Shown here: positions 1-11,583 of the stretch, piece after piece
Numbering within the stretch: position 1 is the stretch's first letter
How the letters are laid out: the number at the start of each line of letters is the position of its first letter
Assembly: GCA_009691445.1 (NCBI GenBank)
Contig: SICL01000004.1
Coordinates: forward strand, 30,708 to 94,707
DNA length: 64,000 bases
Source of the DNA: Candidatus Taenariivivens baikalensis
GTDB lineage: Bacteria; Omnitrophota; Omnitrophia; Omnitrophales; Aquincolibacteriaceae
Reading direction: 5' to 3'
The notes under the pieces: model-generated
What the model saw: the letters and a program-made list of their open reading frames with translations, nothing else
Databases searched by the model: none
What the model was told of the DNA's origin: nothing
Position numbers and translations under genes: made by a program

Positions 1-2
1 AA

Positions 3-374
3 TTAAACTCTCCTTCTCTTCGGCGGTCTGCACCCATTGTGCGGAATCGGCGTAATATCGTAAATGGCCCGGACTTGAATTCCGGCTGCCTGAATCGCGC
101 GGATGGCGGATTCGCGGCCCGCGCCGGGGCCTTTAATATAAACTTCTACTTCTTTCATTCCAAACTCAAGTGCTTTTTTTGCAGCATTCTCGGAAGCAAT
201 CTGAGCGGCAAAGGGAGTCGATTTTTTGGATCCCTTGAATCCGGCGGATCCAGAACTGGACCAACAAAGTGTGTTGCCGGCGTGATCGGTGATCGTCACC
301 GTGGTATTGTTAAAGCTGGCATTGATATGCGCTACACCGTGTGCCACTTGCTGTTTTTTCTTTTTCTTTGCCAT
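3..374 (-). CDS. rpsK: 30S ribosomal protein S11
   Basis: [35 protein letters not shown] motifs. Confidence 0.99.
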   Translation of the reverse strand: MAKKKKKQQVAHGVAHINASFNNTTVTITDHAGNTLCWSSSGSAGFKGSKKSTPFAAQIASENAAKKALEFGMKEVEVYIKGPGAGRESAIRAIQAAGIQVRAIYDITPIPHNGCRPPKRRRV

Positions 375-398
375 TGTCGTTCAGCTCCTTTAAAGCCG

Positions 399-475
399 GT
401 GATCAGTCCTCAGTTTTCAGCGCTCAGTTATTTTTCTGAGCACGGATCACTGTTCGCTGATCACTTTATTGATCA
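399..475. repeat. 7-nt-periodic inverted repeat (TCAG/CTGA type), rpsM-rpsK spacer
   Basis: Left arm GTGATCA GTCCTCA GTTTTCA GCGCTCA G; loop TTATTTTT; right arm CTGAGCA CGGATCA CTGTTCG CTGATCA. Confidence 0.8.
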
Positions 476-862
476 TTATTTCGGTGTAGGCGCCTTCTTA
501 CTAAGTCCGCCAATCGTTTTTCTTTTCCCCTTACGGGTACGAGCATTCGTATGCGTCCGCTGGCCGCGTACCGGAAGACCCTTCATGTGACGGATTCCAC
601 GATAAGAGCGAATATCCATCAGACGCTTGATATTCTGACCTATTTCCCGCCTAAGATCCCCTTCCACTTTGACATTCTTCTGAATCACCGCCGTGATCAG
701 GGAAATTTCTTTTTCACTCAAATCTTTGGCACGCTTTGTTGGTTCAATTTGAGCTTCTTTTAAAATTTTCCGAGCGGTATACGAACCGATCCCGTACAAA
801 TAGGTCAAAGACGTCTCAATCGTTTTCTCACGGGGAATATCAATCCCTATAATACGAGGCAT
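476..862 (-). CDS. rpsM: 30S ribosomal protein S13
   Basis: [26 protein letters not shown]. Confidence 0.99.
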   Translation of the reverse strand: MPRIIGIDIPREKTIETSLTYLYGIGSYTARKILKEAQIEPTKRAKDLSEKEISLITAVIQKNVKVEGDLRREIGQNIKRLMDIRSYRGIRHMKGLPVRGQRTHTNARTRKGKRKTIGGLSKKAPTPK

Positions 863-885
863 TTTATGCTCCTTAATAAATCCTA

Positions 886-953
886 GTGTGCGAGTTTACG
901 GGTGAACGGGTATGCGGGTTTGAAAACCCGGTCACCAGCTCACTCGTTAACCA
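886..953. repeat. 8-nt-periodic inverted repeat, rpmJ-rpsM spacer
   Basis: CGAGTTTA CGGGTGAA CGGGTATG CGGGTTT / AAAACCCG GTCACCAG CTCACTCG TTAACC. Confidence 0.75.
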
Positions 954-957
954 ATGT

Positions 958-1071
958 TTATCCTTGCCGCTGTTTATGCTTCGGATTTTTGCAAATGACG
1001 TACACCACTCCGCGTCGGCGGACAATCTTGCAATCTTCGCAAATTCTTTTGACTGAACTATGAACTTTCAT
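958..1071 (-). CDS. rpmJ: 50S ribosomal protein L36 (Zn-binding type); absent from ORF track
   Basis: Manual translation [37 protein letters not shown]. Confidence 0.98.
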   Translation of the reverse strand: MKVHSSVKRICEDCKIVRRRGVVYVICKNPKHKQRQG

Positions 1072-1093
1072 TAATAGACCTTACTCAAGTTTT

Positions 1094-1196
1094 GTCATTC
1101 CCGCATTCTGTTGACAGGAATCCATTTTTTTGTCTGGATCCCAATCCGCCAGAGGCCGGATTCGTCCTCTGGCGAACAAAATCATCCGGGGATGAA
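1094..1196. repeat. GTCATTCCCG-type palindromic element with nested hairpin
   Basis: GTCATTCCCGC...GGAATCCA...TGGATCCC...GGGGATGA; internal CGCCAGAGG-N10-CCTCTGGCG hairpin. Confidence 0.75.
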
Positions 1197-1209
1197 TGCT
1201 AAAACGCTG

Positions 1210-1428
1210 TCATTTTACTCGAAACGTAATTCTGCCGCGGGCCAAATCATACGGGGAAAGCTCTAGCTTGACTCTGTCGCCCGCTAATATACGAATATAA
1301 TTCATTCTCATTTTGCCCGAAATATGAGCCAGAACTTTGTGGCCATTATCAAGAGTCACACGAAACATCGCATTAGGAAGCGGCTCAAGTACGATTCCTT
1401 CCACTTCAATCGCTTCTTCTTTCGGCAT
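1210..1428 (-). CDS. infA: translation initiation factor IF-1
   Basis: [31 protein letters not shown]. Confidence 0.99.
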   Translation of the reverse strand: MPKEEAIEVEGIVLEPLPNAMFRVTLDNGHKVLAHISGKMRMNYIRILAGDRVKLELSPYDLARGRITFRVK

Positions 1429-1435
1429 AATTTTT

Positions 1436-2188
1436 TTATTTTTCTCCGCAGGTGAGATTCACCACGGCTCCATCGATAAAAGCGACCGTGTCTTCATAAT
1501 GACTGGCCCATTTCCCATCCTCGGTCACAACCGTCCAGCCGTCTTCGAGTGTTCGGACTTTGTAATGTCCTTCGGTCACCATCGGCTCAATCGCCAGCAC
1601 CAGACCATCTTGAATCTTATATCCGCGCCCGGCTTCTCCATAATTGGGAACCTGCGGATCTTCGTGCAAATTGCGGCCGATACCGTGGCCAACATAATCC
1701 CGAACAACTTGATAACCATCTTCTTCAATCGATGCTTGAATCGCGGCGGATAAATCCCCGATCCTTGCCCCGCTTTTGTAGGCTTTAAGTGCCGCTTCAA
1801 AAGATTTTTGAGCGGACCGAAGAAGCTTCATTCTTTCTGCGCTGATAGTTCCTACCGGCCACGTACGCGCTGCATCCGCATAGTAACCGTCTATCTTAGC
1901 CCCGATATCAAAACTTACTATATCCCCTTCGCGTAATTTTCGCGAACCCGGAATCCCGTGCACCACTTCTTGGTTCACCGAGATGCACGCGGTTTTGGGA
2001 TATCCTCGATAGCCTTTAAAGGCTGGGATCGCTCCGGCGCCAACGATAATCTTTTCTGCGATCTGATCCAGCGTATCAGTCGTGACCCCAGGTGCGATCA
2101 CTTGCTCGACTTCAATAAAAATTCGTTTTAGGACTTCCGCTGCTTGACGAATAATCCCAATCTCCCGACTTGATTTCAGAGAGATCAT
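1436..2188 (-). CDS. map: methionine aminopeptidase type I
   Basis: VVHGIP, D-x10-DAART, GHGIG..LHEDP, AIEPM, HYEDT metal ligands. Confidence 0.98.
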   Translation of the reverse strand: MISLKSSREIGIIRQAAEVLKRIFIEVEQVIAPGVTTDTLDQIAEKIIVGAGAIPAFKGYRGYPKTACISVNQEVVHGIPGSRKLREGDIVSFDIGAKIDGYYADAARTWPVGTISAERMKLLRSAQKSFEAALKAYKSGARIGDLSAAIQASIEEDGYQVVRDYVGHGIGRNLHEDPQVPNYGEAGRGYKIQDGLVLAIEPMVTEGHYKVRTLEDGWTVVTEDGKWASHYEDTVAFIDGAVVNLTCGEK

Positions 2189-2841
2189 ACCGCCAATTTC
2201 ATCTCATCAAAAAGCGTCTTCAATACCGTTTGAAGTTCGGGCACATCGTAATCACCCGGAACGGAAACCAAAATATTCTGTCTCTTATAATACTGGATCA
2301 GCGGGCTCGTCTCTTTGAGATACATTTCAAGCCGATGTTGAATCGTCACCGGCGTATCATCTTTGCGCTGTACGAGCATTTCGCCGCACTTGTCGCAGAC
2401 CCCCTCTTTCTTAGGAGGGATGTTACGCGTATGATAATTACCTCCGCATTTCGTGCAGACTCTGCGGCCAGATAAGCGGTCAATGATTACCTGCTCTGAT
2501 GTCTCAAAATCAAGAACAGCATCAAGCTTCATCGTCTGCTTCTTTAAAAAAACATCCAAGGATTCAGCCTGACCGATCGTTCTTGGATAGCCATCTAAAA
2601 TAAAGGCCTTCTTACCAACCCTACTAATTTCTTCAAACATCATTTCATTCACCAGTGCGTCGGGAACTAAATTTCCAGTTTCGATGATATCCTTAGCCTT
2701 GGCTCCCAAGGTCGTTTTTTCGCGGATATGCTGTCTTAAAATATCCCCGGTAGCCAAGTGATCAGCTTTGAACTTTTCACTCAAAATCTTAGCGTGTGTT
2801 CCCTTTCCTGCGCCCGGAGGTCCTAACAGTACAAGTCTCAT
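2185..2841 (-). CDS. adk: adenylate kinase (Zn-LID type)
   Basis: P-loop GPPGAGKGT, DGYPR, CTKC..CDKC lid. Confidence 0.98.
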   Translation of the reverse strand: MRLVLLGPPGAGKGTHAKILSEKFKADHLATGDILRQHIREKTTLGAKAKDIIETGNLVPDALVNEMMFEEISRVGKKAFILDGYPRTIGQAESLDVFLKKQTMKLDAVLDFETSEQVIIDRLSGRRVCTKCGGNYHTRNIPPKKEGVCDKCGEMLVQRKDDTPVTIQHRLEMYLKETSPLIQYYKRQNILVSVPGDYDVPELQTVLKTLFDEMKLAV

Positions 2842-2867
2842 GTAAGCAGCTTCGGTCTTTCTAGGCT

Positions 2868-4223
2868 TCAGCGCCGTGATTTCAATTTTCCGCGCTTAAT
2901 AAATCCGTCGTAATGACGCATCAAAAGCTGGGACTCAATCTGCTTCATCGTATCCAGCACCACGCCAACAATAATCAAAAGACCGGTACCGCCAAAAAAG
3001 CTGGCAATTAAAAATGGAATGTTCAAAATCTTAGGAGACGAAATCACTCCAGGAATCATCGCGATAAATGCCAGAAACACTGCGCCGCTCATCGCAATCC
3101 GCGTCATCATATAATCCAGATATTCTGCTGTGTTTTTTCCAGGACGAAGCCCTGGAATAAACCCGCCATACTTCTGGAGATTATCACTCACCTCAATCGG
3201 ATTAAACGTAATCGCCGTATAAAAGAACGTAAAAAAAACAATCAACAAGGCGTCAAGCACGGAATGAGTCGCGCTTCCAGCCGCAAGCCCTCGAGCAAAG
3301 TTACTCAAGAGTCCCGTGTTGGGGAAAAAACCAGCGATGGTTGCCGGAAAGAGCAACACAGATTGGGCAAAAATAATCGGCATCACACCCGCCTGATTAA
3401 CTTTCAGCGGTAAGTATGTGCTCTGCCCTCCATAAACGCGGTTGCCACGAATCTGCCGCGCATATTGAACTGGAATTTTTCGCTCACCCTGGATAATGAG
3501 AATAACAAAAACAACCGTCGCAACAAATAGCCCAACCATAATTCCAAACTTCCACCAAGGAAGCTGCTGGTGAGCCATATCCAAAGGGGACAAGAGTACC
3601 CAAGTTTGCCATAAGGCTGTCGGCACACGGGAAATAATACCGGTCGTAATTAAAATCGACATCCCGTTTCCGATCCCATGCTGGTCAATCTGTTCGCCAA
3701 GCCACATAATAAATGCAGTGCCGGTGGTCAGCGTCAGAATCGTCATGAGGCGGAACGCCCAACCCGGATTCGGAACAATCACGGTGCTATGAAAATTTTC
3801 TGGATTCTCAAGCCAGAGTGAAATAAAAAACGTCTGGATAATACTCAGGACAATCGTGCCGTAACGCGTATACTGGATGATCTGCTTACGTCCCGCCTCG
3901 CCTTCTTTCGCCAAAGTTTCCAACTGAGGGATTACCACTGTCAAAAGCTGCAGAATAATCGACGCTGAGATGTAAGGCATGATTCCGAGTGCAAAGATCG
4001 TGGCTTTTTCTAGAGCGCCACCCGAAAAAAGACCCATAATGCCAAAGAGCGATCCACCTGACGTGCGCATAATGTTTTGAAAAAACATCGCCAAAGCCGC
4101 GCCATCAATTCCGGGCGTTGGAACAAAAGCACCGAGACGGTAAATCAATACAATAAAAAGAGTGAAAAGAACCTTGGTCCTCAGCTCCGGGACCTTAAAA
4201 ATATTAACAAACGCTTTTAGCAT
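2868..4223 (-). CDS. secY: preprotein translocase SecY
   Basis: LGIMPYISASII, WLGEQI..GIGNG, IPGLRPG, GGTGLLIIVGV. Confidence 0.99.
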   Translation of the reverse strand: MLKAFVNIFKVPELRTKVLFTLFIVLIYRLGAFVPTPGIDGAALAMFFQNIMRTSGGSLFGIMGLFSGGALEKATIFALGIMPYISASIILQLLTVVIPQLETLAKEGEAGRKQIIQYTRYGTIVLSIIQTFFISLWLENPENFHSTVIVPNPGWAFRLMTILTLTTGTAFIMWLGEQIDQHGIGNGMSILITTGIISRVPTALWQTWVLLSPLDMAHQQLPWWKFGIMVGLFVATVVFVILIIQGERKIPVQYARQIRGNRVYGGQSTYLPLKVNQAGVMPIIFAQSVLLFPATIAGFFPNTGLLSNFARGLAAGSATHSVLDALLIVFFTFFYTAITFNPIEVSDNLQKYGGFIPGLRPGKNTAEYLDYMMTRIAMSGAVFLAFIAMIPGVISSPKILNIPFLIASFFGGTGLLIIVGVVLDTMKQIESQLLMRHYDGFIKRGKLKSRR

Positions 4224-4243
4224 TTTAGGGATTCGCTCTGTGC

Positions 4244-4672
4244 TTAAGCAATCAGAACAGCCTGACCGCCGGCTTTTTCAATCTTAGCCTTGGCTGACTC
4301 ACTAAAACGATGGGCTTTGACTATCACGGGGATTGAAATCTCTCCGGCCCCAAGAACCTTCAGGCCTGATTTTATTTTCTTAATCGTACCCTGCGCTTTT
4401 AAAATCTCAGGCGTCACTTCTTTGTGCCCAAGCTCGGCAATCTCACCGATATTGATGATGGCATACCGCGTTTCAAAACTAACATTGCTGAAACCGCGCT
4501 TGGGTAATCGGCGATACAAGGGATTTTGCCCCCCTTCAAAACCTCCGCGACGGGTATATCCAGACCGTGATTTTTGACCTTTTTGTCCGCGGCAAGATGT
4601 TTTCCCATGACCGGAACCAATACCGTGACCAATCCGCTTTCTGTTTTTCTTGTAGGGTTTTTTCGCTCTCAT
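4244..4672 (-). CDS. rplO: 50S ribosomal protein L15
   Basis: [25 protein letters not shown]. Confidence 0.98.
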   Translation of the reverse strand: MRAKKPYKKNRKRIGHGIGSGHGKTSCRGQKGQKSRSGYTRRGGFEGGQNPLYRRLPKRGFSNVSFETRYAIINIGEIAELGHKEVTPEILKAQGTIKKIKSGLKVLGAGEISIPVIVKAHRFSESAKAKIEKAGGQAVLIA

Positions 4673-5244
4673 GACTCGGAACTCTCATCGGTTGACTCAT
4701 CAAGATCGAGCCGCTCTTTACGATCACAAAGCTGCTCCATACCATGCAACGTTGCCTTGAGCACATTAATCGAATTGTCACTTCCCAAACTCTTGGTCAG
4801 AATATCTTTAATACCGCAGGATTCACACACAGCTCTCACAGCGCCGCCCGCAATAATTCCTGTACCCGGGGCTGCCGGCTTCAGAAAGACACGAGCCGCG
4901 CCGTAGCGTCCGTACACTTCATGAGCGATGCTCGTCCCCTTCATCTTAATTTTAATCTTACTCTTGTGAGCAGCGGTAAGCGCCTTACGGATCGCATCCG
5001 AAACTTCATTGGCTTTGCCTAGGGCATAACCAAGCTCTCCAGCACCGTTACCAACAATCACCAAAGCACTAAAATGAAACCTTTTTCCACCCTTAACCAC
5101 TTTGGCGCAACGATTCACTTGAATCACTTTTTCATACGGTGTGACGCGAAGAGTCTCGACGATTTTCACCGTTGCCAATGGAATTGTTTCCACAACTTCA
5201 ACTCGCTTTTCTTCTACATGTGCCTCGGTTTTTTTATCCGTCAT
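4669..5244 (-). CDS. rpsE: 30S ribosomal protein S5 (N-terminal extension)
   Basis: [28 protein letters not shown]. Confidence 0.98.
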   Translation of the reverse strand: MTDKKTEAHVEEKRVEVVETIPLATVKIVETLRVTPYEKVIQVNRCAKVVKGGKRFHFSALVIVGNGAGELGYALGKANEVSDAIRKALTAAHKSKIKIKMKGTSIAHEVYGRYGAARVFLKPAAPGTGIIAGGAVRAVCESCGIKDILTKSLGSDNSINVLKATLHGMEQLCDRKERLDLDESTDESSES

Positions 5245-5267
5245 AAGCTCTTCTCATTTTCCTTCAT

Positions 5268-5624
5268 TTAGAACTGGATTCCCGCTTTGCGAAGAGATTC
5301 CGCAAGGGCCTTCACGCGTCCATGATATTTATAACCCGCACGATCAAAAGCGATTTTCGAGATTCCTTTGCTCTTAAGTTTTCCCGCAAAAACTTCGCCC
5401 AATTTGTCAGCCTTCACGGTCTTAGAGCCTTTAACAGTTTTTTGAAATTCCTTTTCACTCGTGGCAACCGAACAAATCGTTTTAGCTTGAATATCATCGA
5501 TCACCTGAACATACATGTGGTTCAAGGAGCGGTGAACACAGAGCCTCGGCCGGTCCTGCGTTCCCGTGATTTTTTTACGTATACTCTTATGCCTTGCGGC
5601 TCTTGCTATTTCTTTTTTTAGCAT
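5268..5624 (-). CDS. rplR: 50S ribosomal protein L18
   Basis: RPRLCVHRS, FDRAGYKYHGRVKALAE. Confidence 0.98.
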   Translation of the reverse strand: MLKKEIARAARHKSIRKKITGTQDRPRLCVHRSLNHMYVQVIDDIQAKTICSVATSEKEFQKTVKGSKTVKADKLGEVFAGKLKSKGISKIAFDRAGYKYHGRVKALAESLRKAGIQF

Positions 5625-5639
5625 AAATGGCTCTTACGA

Positions 5640-6176
5640 TTAACCAACCGTCTTTCCTTGTTTGCGGCGAATTACTTCACCGACATAATGAATGCCTTTA
5701 CCCTTATAAGGTTCGGGCTTATGAGAAGATCGAATATCAGCGGCCAACTGCCCCACCATCTGCTTATCTAATCCAGAAACCGCCACACGGGTCGGGTTAG
5801 GACAATGAACCACGATCCCTTCCGGTATATCATGCTCAATCGGGTGGGTAAACCCAAGCGCCATAACAAGCTTCTTACCCTTTACTTCCGCCTTGTAACC
5901 AACACCGACAATTTCGAGCTCTTTTTTATAACCATCAACCACACCGCGCACCATATTTTGGAGCAGACTGCGGGTCAAGCCGTGAAGCGCTCGATCCGAA
6001 TTAATATCCGTGGGACGACTAACTTCAACGTGACCATCCTTCACCGCAACCTTCATGCGGGGATGAACTTCCATCTGAAGCTTTCCTTTCGGCCCCTGAA
6101 CAGAAACGGTCAGGTCCTTAATTGCGACTTGCACGCCACTGGGGATTTCTACTGGCTTTTTTCCAATTCGAGACAT
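5640..6176 (-). CDS. rplF: 50S ribosomal protein L6
   Basis: MSRIGKKP, PEPYKGKGI. Confidence 0.99.
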   Translation of the reverse strand: MSRIGKKPVEIPSGVQVAIKDLTVSVQGPKGKLQMEVHPRMKVAVKDGHVEVSRPTDINSDRALHGLTRSLLQNMVRGVVDGYKKELEIVGVGYKAEVKGKKLVMALGFTHPIEHDIPEGIVVHCPNPTRVAVSGLDKQMVGQLAADIRSSHKPEPYKGKGIHYVGEVIRRKQGKTVG

Positions 6177-6191
6177 ACGCTCCTCAACCCT

Positions 6192-6590
6192 TTACCAAAC
6201 TTTACACAGCAGTTCGCCGCCCACATTTAACTTTCTTGCTTCCTTATCCGTCACAACTCCACGCGACGTCGAAATAATCGCAATTCCAAGTCCACCCTGC
6301 ACGCGAGGCAACTCTTCCGACCCTTTATAGGTCCGAAGACCTGGTTTAGAAACACGCTTTATCCCTCGAATTGCGGGCGATTTTCCGCGAATATACTTCA
6401 GATGAATCCGCACGAAATTTTTATTTCCTTCGTTAAAGGGTTTTACACTGGTGACAAACCCCTCTTCTTTTAAAATATCCGCAATACGGGTAGTCATCTT
6501 CGAGGTCGGAACGGTAACCTTATCCTTTTTAGCACTCGATGCATTTCGAAGCACCGTTAAAAAATCAGCTACAAAATCCGTGACAGGCAT
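6192..6590 (-). CDS. rpsH: 30S ribosomal protein S8
   Basis: [29 protein letters not shown]. Confidence 0.99.
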   Translation of the reverse strand: MPVTDFVADFLTVLRNASSAKKDKVTVPTSKMTTRIADILKEEGFVTSVKPFNEGNKNFVRIHLKYIRGKSPAIRGIKRVSKPGLRTYKGSEELPRVQGGLGIAIISTSRGVVTDKEARKLNVGGELLCKVW

Positions 6591-6610
6591 TTCTTTTTCT
6601 CCTTATTACT

Positions 6611-6676
6611 GTCATTCCCGAATACTTCTACTGGGAATCTATTCTTTTGGGTCCTGATTCACCATTTGGGAGATAC
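6611..6676. repeat. degenerate GTCATTCCCG-type palindromic element
   Basis: GTCATTCCCG-AATACTTCTACT-GGGAATCT left half; right half eroded. Confidence 0.55.
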
Positions 6677-6861
6677 TACCAACTTGATTTCGTCACGCCG
6701 GGAATAATCCCCTCGTTGGCGAGTTCTCGGAAACAAATACGGCACAATGAAAATTTTCGAATGTATCCCCTAGGACGTCCACAACGCTGGCACCGGTTAT
6801 AACCCTGCACCTTAAACTTCGGGGTCCGGCGTTGTTTAACCACCAAGCTTGTTTTTGCCAT
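6676..6861 (-). CDS. rpsN: 30S ribosomal protein S14, short Zn-binding type
   Basis: 61 aa, [20 protein letters not shown]. Confidence 0.98.
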   Translation of the reverse strand: MAKTSLVVKQRRTPKFKVQGYNRCQRCGRPRGYIRKFSLCRICFRELANEGIIPGVTKSSW

Positions 6862-6879
6862 AACTTTTAAATCCTTGTT

Positions 6880-7446
6880 TTACTTTTTCTTAAAAGGAAG
6901 GCCAAGATTCTGGAGCAGGCTTTTACCTTCGGAATTAGTTTTTGCCGAGGTCACGAACGAAATATCCATACCCTGAGTTTTCTTGATTTTATCAAAAACA
7001 ACTTCCGGAAAAATAGTCTGTTCCTGAAGTCCAAGCGTGAAATTTCCGCGCCCGTCAAAGCCCTTATCAGAAAAACCCTGAAAATCACGTATACGCGGCA
7101 TCGCAATATTAAACAACCGGTCGACAAACTCATACATCTTCGCCCCCCGGAGCGTAACTTTAAGCCCAACCGGAAGTCCTTCCCTCAGCTTGAATGCGGA
7201 AATTGATTTTTTGGCGCGAGTCACAAGTGGTTTTTGCCCCGTAATATTTCCAAGCTCCATAGCCAACTGCTCCAGAATCTTGATATCATCCTTCGCTTCT
7301 TTAATTCCCATATTAACGACGATTTTTTGAAGCCGCGGCAATTGCATGACATTAGAGTAATTAAACTCTTTTTGCATCGCAGGCACCGCCTCTTTGCGAT
7401 ACTTTTCCAACATTCTCGGGACCGTTGCCTTTCCAGCTACGCTCAT
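6880..7446 (-). CDS. rplE: 50S ribosomal protein L5
   Basis: [27 protein letters not shown]. Confidence 0.99.
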   Translation of the reverse strand: MSVAGKATVPRMLEKYRKEAVPAMQKEFNYSNVMQLPRLQKIVVNMGIKEAKDDIKILEQLAMELGNITGQKPLVTRAKKSISAFKLREGLPVGLKVTLRGAKMYEFVDRLFNIAMPRIRDFQGFSDKGFDGRGNFTLGLQEQTIFPEVVFDKIKKTQGMDISFVTSAKTNSEGKSLLQNLGLPFKKK

Positions 7447-7763
7447 ACTTTATCTCCAAACATCTCTTGGCTTTTCTTGGCAATACGCTGCTTTTCGCCG
7501 TCTTTCAGGATCACATAACCCACCTTAGTCGGCTTCCCAGTCTTGGGGCAAAGCAATTGCACGTTCGAAATGTGAATAGGGGTTTCCATCTGAATAAGCC
7601 CCCCCTTGGGATTTTCCTTAGTGGGACGCGAAGCCTTTTTACGGTAGTTGATTTTCTCCACCAACACCGCCGCCTGCGTTGGATAAACTTTCATGACCCT
7701 ACCCTTTTTGCCGCGATCTTTACCGGCAATCACCAAGACTTGATCATTTTTTCGAATACGCAT
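7443..7763 (-). CDS. rplX: 50S ribosomal protein L24
   Basis: KOW motif [15 protein letters not shown]; start moved to ATG 7763. Confidence 0.97.
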   Translation of the reverse strand: MRIRKNDQVLVIAGKDRGKKGRVMKVYPTQAAVLVEKINYRKKASRPTKENPKGGLIQMETPIHISNVQLLCPKTGKPTKVGYVILKDGEKQRIAKKSQEMFGDKV

Positions 7764-7764
7764 C

Positions 7765-8133
7765 TTAAACAACCTCGGGAGCTAAGGAAATTATTTTTGT
7801 AAATTGACGCTCGCGAAGCTCTCGGGCAACAGGTCCAAAAATTCGCGTGCCTTTTGGATTTTTTTGATTATCAATAATGACTATGGCATTAGAGGAAAAA
7901 CGCACGAGCGAACCGTCTTTACGACGAATCGGAGAGCGGGTACGAACAATGACCGCCTTAACAACCTCGCCTTTTTTGACACTACCCTGCGGAATGGCCT
8001 CTTTAATGGCAGCCGTGATTATATCCCCCACCTCCGCCACGCGCTTACCTCGACGTCCAATAACACCAATCATAGCTGCTTTTTTAGCACCGCTATTATC
8101 TGCAATTTCTAAAATCGAGCGCATCTGAATCAT
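7765..8133 (-). CDS. rplN: 50S ribosomal protein L14
   Basis: [27 protein letters not shown]. Confidence 0.99.
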   Translation of the reverse strand: MIQMRSILEIADNSGAKKAAMIGVIGRRGKRVAEVGDIITAAIKEAIPQGSVKKGEVVKAVIVRTRSPIRRKDGSLVRFSSNAIVIIDNQKNPKGTRIFGPVARELRERQFTKIISLAPEVV

Positions 8134-8405
8134 TTCGCAAGCACCTTAACCAACTTCCAGTTTTTTGTTTTTGAAATAGGCTTTGTCAGGATAATTTGAA
8201 CTTTATCCCCCACCTTAGCTTCTTTGTTTTCATCGTGTACCGCATACTTAACTTTACGACGGACAATTTTTTTAAATGTTCGGTGCTGCATTAGACGGGA
8301 AACTTCCACTACAACCGTTTTCTGCATCTTGTCACTGATCACAACCCCTTCGCGGACCAGAGAAGCTTTGCGCTTCATTTCCTGCGGCTGAACTTGATCG
8401 CTCAC
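8130..8405 (-). CDS. rpsQ: 30S ribosomal protein S17
   Basis: [25 protein letters not shown]. Confidence 0.98.
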   Translation of the reverse strand: MSDQVQPQEMKRKASLVREGVVISDKMQKTVVVEVSRLMQHRTFKKIVRRKVKYAVHDENKEAKVGDKVQIILTKPISKTKNWKLVKVLAK

Positions 8406-8605
8406 GACTTGACCTCCGATTTTTTCTGACGCATCACTGTTAAAATACGCGCAATATCCCGCCGAGTATTCTGTATCACTGATTGTCTTTCTAGCTTCCC
8501 AGTCTTAAGCTGGAAGCGGTATTGCATCAGTTCTTTTCGAAGGTTGCCTGCTTTTTCGGCCAACTCTTCAATGCTCAAGTTAAGAAACTCTGCTACCTTC
8601 GCCAT
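8402..8605 (-). CDS. rpmC: 50S ribosomal protein L29
   Basis: ELMQYRFQ..G, RRDIARILT; position between rplP and rpsQ. Confidence 0.96.
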   Translation of the reverse strand: MAKVAEFLNLSIEELAEKAGNLRKELMQYRFQLKTGKLERQSVIQNTRRDIARILTVMRQKKSEVKS

Positions 8606-8606
8606 A

Positions 8607-9023
8607 TTATTGTACCTCTCCACGTATCACAAACTTGGTTCTGAATGGCAACTTATGAGCGCAGAGCCTAAGAGCGGCCTTAGCCAACGCTTCGGGAAGC
8701 CCACCCATTTCAAAAATTAAACGGCCAGGCTTAATCACCACCACATAATATTCAGGGGCGCCCTTCCCTTTTCCCATCCTGGTTTCAGCTGGCTTTTTAC
8801 TGTAAGCTTTGTCGGGGAACACACGTATCCACACTTTTCCGCCCCGCTTGATGTGCCGCGTCAAAGCCACGCGAGCCGCCTCAAGCTGAATTGACGTCAT
8901 ATAACCACATTCAAGCGCCTTAAGTCCAAAATCCCCGAAAGAAATCGTGCTGCCACGGGTGGCAACACCCCCCATCCAACCGCGCTGCTGTTTGCGGAAT
9001 TTTACTCGTTTTGGCATTAACAT
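8607..9023 (-). CDS. rplP: 50S ribosomal protein L16
   Basis: [24 protein letters not shown]. Confidence 0.99.
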   Translation of the reverse strand: MLMPKRVKFRKQQRGWMGGVATRGSTISFGDFGLKALECGYMTSIQLEAARVALTRHIKRGGKVWIRVFPDKAYSKKPAETRMGKGKGAPEYYVVVIKPGRLIFEMGGLPEALAKAALRLCAHKLPFRTKFVIRGEVQ

Positions 9024-9042
9024 AAATCAACGTTCCTTAAAA

Positions 9043-9888
9043 TTAGACGATTGGTTCGGCAGAAGCGGTGTCAGGCGGCACTTCTAAAGATATTTGCACG
9101 TCCCGCTTTTCCTTCACCGGGGATTCCGATTGAGCTTGAGCGACTACTGCTTTGCGTGGCTGCTTTTTCGCACTACCCGCAACCGCGCCATGAATCGCGG
9201 CATCTCCATCTTTCTCCACATCCGTCAGCTGCTGCGTCTTACGAATTTCCGCTTCTTGCTTTTTCACAAACACATCGCCCTTATAAACCCAAACCTTACA
9301 ACCGATAGTTCCATACGTCGTCTTCGCTTCCACGAAGGCATAATCAATATCTGCACGAAACGTATTCAGAGGAACCTTACCTTCTCGGTAACCTTCGTCG
9401 CGAGCAATTTCAGCACCACCCAACCGCCCCTTACACAGCACTTTAATTCCCAAGGCCCCCTTGGTCATCGCCATCTGCACGGCCTTCTTAAGCGTCTTTC
9501 TGAAATTGACACGCTTCTCCAACTGCGTGGCCATATTCTGAGCAATCAACTGGGCATCCGTATGGGGATTCTTAACTTCCTTAATTTCCAAAAAGATTTC
9601 ATTTTTAACGATCTTCGCAAGCCCTTCCTTGATCTTATCAATCTCCTGACCTCGGCGTCCAATAATTACCCCGGGCCTGGCTGTGAAAATTCGTATCCGG
9701 AGGCGTCCGCCCGATCTTTCAATTTCAATGTTAGTAATACCCGCAAAAAAAAGCTTCTCTTTTAGGAATTTCCTAATCTTCAAATCTTCGTGCAGGAATA
9801 CGCTAAAGTTTTTACGGACAAACCAACGCCCTTTCCATGGTTTGATATACCCAAGCCTTAGTCCGTATGGATGTGCTTTCTGACCCAA
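9043..9888 (-). CDS. rpsC: 30S ribosomal protein S3 (TTG start, long C-terminal tail)
   Basis: GQKAHPYGLRLG, ARPGVIIG, GRLGGAEIAR. Confidence 0.99.
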   Translation of the reverse strand: MGQKAHPYGLRLGYIKPWKGRWFVRKNFSVFLHEDLKIRKFLKEKLFFAGITNIEIERSGGRLRIRIFTARPGVIIGRRGQEIDKIKEGLAKIVKNEIFLEIKEVKNPHTDAQLIAQNMATQLEKRVNFRKTLKKAVQMAMTKGALGIKVLCKGRLGGAEIARDEGYREGKVPLNTFRADIDYAFVEAKTTYGTIGCKVWVYKGDVFVKKQEAEIRKTQQLTDVEKDGDAAIHGAVAGSAKKQPRKAVVAQAQSESPVKEKRDVQISLEVPPDTASAEPIV

Positions 9889-9903
9889 GAGTTCCTCCTT
9901 AAA

Positions 9904-10419
9904 TTAAACTTTAGCAGCTGCCGCACGATCTGTTTTTTTTGCCGACACTTTTAATTTTGCTGCTTTTGATAAGCCTTCTTCTTTTTTTAGTAACTCAGCT
10001 GTTTGGTTAGATGCACCGGCGGGCTTCTTGCCTTCTTTCAAAATAATAGAAAGATGGGACATCCTCTTTAGGATTTTATCCGCACGCCCCATCGACCGCT
10101 GCATAACGCGCTTCATCGAGGGGCCGCCGTCGGCGCGGATATCCGCGATATAAAGACGATTCTCATCCATACCAAGAACTTTAGCATTGGCCGCGGCACT
10201 CTTAAGAACTTTTTCCGTTATCCGTGCTCCTTTTTGCTTGATCACCGTCAAGGTCAAAAAGGCCTTTTGTACCGTCGCTCGGCGTACCGTGTTAATCACT
10301 CCACGAAGTTTCCGCGGACTAATTCTTAGATATTTCGCCACTGAACGCGCACAAAGCTCCACCGCCGGACGCGCCTCTGATTCTGTAACTAATTTTGATT
10401 TTTCTTTTTTCATAGTCAT
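9904..10419 (-). CDS. rplV: 50S ribosomal protein L22 (N- and C-terminal extensions)
   Basis: RISPRKLR, KSAAANA, DGGP..KR. Confidence 0.97.
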   Translation of the reverse strand: MTMKKEKSKLVTESEARPAVELCARSVAKYLRISPRKLRGVINTVRRATVQKAFLTLTVIKQKGARITEKVLKSAAANAKVLGMDENRLYIADIRADGGPSMKRVMQRSMGRADKILKRMSHLSIILKEGKKPAGASNQTAELLKKEEGLSKAAKLKVSAKKTDRAAAAKV

Positions 10420-10447
10420 CCACTCACTATCTTTTTAATTTTAAAAT

Positions 10448-10747
10448 TTAGGTCTTCGCGCCCGCCGCCATCGCCTTCGCTTTATCTCCCGCCGCACTAT
10501 GAACTCTAAAGGTACGGGTCGGAGAAAACTCTCCAAGCTTATGCCCCACCATATCTTCGGTGACGAAAACGTTGAGAAACGCCCTTCCATTGTGAACAGC
10601 AAAGGTCAACCCCACAAATTCCGGGGTGATCGTGGAACGACGGGACCATGTTTTGATTGGGCGACGGTCCCGCTTGTCATGTGCAGTTTTTATTTTTTTC
10701 GCCAACTTTAAATCAACGTAGTATCCTTTTTTTGCTGAACGGCTCAT
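10448..10747 (-). CDS. rpsS: 30S ribosomal protein S19
   Basis: [23 protein letters not shown]. Confidence 0.99.
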   Translation of the reverse strand: MSRSAKKGYYVDLKLAKKIKTAHDKRDRRPIKTWSRRSTITPEFVGLTFAVHNGRAFLNVFVTEDMVGHKLGEFSPTRTFRVHSAAGDKAKAMAAGAKT

Positions 10748-11571
10748 TTTCGGCGATCCTTCACGATATATTTATTGGTCGATTTATTGCGAGTTCTCGT
10801 CTTAAGACCCTTTGATTTTTGACCCCATGGACTCTGTGGATGATTCCCCCCCTTGGATTTTCCTTCACCACCGCCCATCGGATGGTCCACAGGATTTTTC
10901 GCCACACCACGAGTTGCGGGGCGTCTCCCGAGCCAGCGAGCACGACCCGCTTTCCCGAGTGATATATTTTCATGATCCAAATTCGAGCACTGCCCCACAG
11001 TCGCGTAGGAACGAAGATCTATCATTCGAACCTCGCCGGAAGGCAACTTAACATGCGCATACTTAATTTCCTTGGATAAAATCTGAGCCACGCCGCCCGC
11101 AGACCGGACCAACTTTCCCCCAAGCCCCGGCTGAAGCTCGATATTATGAATAGGCGTTCCTTCTGGAATCATTTTTAGGGGAAGGTGATTTCCAAGCTTC
11201 ACTTCCACACCCTCACCGCTCATCACAGTATCCCCAACCTGCAGGCCATTAGGGCAAAGAATGTAAGTCTTTTCACCATCTTCATACTGAACAAGCGAAA
11301 TGCGCGCGCTACGGTTTGGATCATATTCAATCGTGAGAACTTTAGCCGGTACACTGAAACGGTTTCGGCGAAAATCTAGGATGCGAATCCGGCGCTTGTG
11401 GCCGCGTCCACGCCGGCGCATAGTCATGTGTCCGTGAGCATTCCGACCGCCACTGCGTTTTCTAATTTCCGTCAATGGCTTGTACGGTTTATCCGTGGTC
11501 AGTTCGTTAAAATCAGGAACATTTCCAAAACGACGGGAAGATGTCGTCGGTTTATATTGAATCAAAGGCAT
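10744..11571 (-). CDS. rplB: 50S ribosomal protein L2
   Basis: [21 protein letters not shown]. Confidence 0.99.
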   Translation of the reverse strand: MPLIQYKPTTSSRRFGNVPDFNELTTDKPYKPLTEIRKRSGGRNAHGHMTMRRRGRGHKRRIRILDFRRNRFSVPAKVLTIEYDPNRSARISLVQYEDGEKTYILCPNGLQVGDTVMSGEGVEVKLGNHLPLKMIPEGTPIHNIELQPGLGGKLVRSAGGVAQILSKEIKYAHVKLPSGEVRMIDLRSYATVGQCSNLDHENISLGKAGRARWLGRRPATRGVAKNPVDHPMGGGEGKSKGGNHPQSPWGQKSKGLKTRTRNKSTNKYIVKDRRK

Positions 11572-11583
11572 AGTTCATTTTCC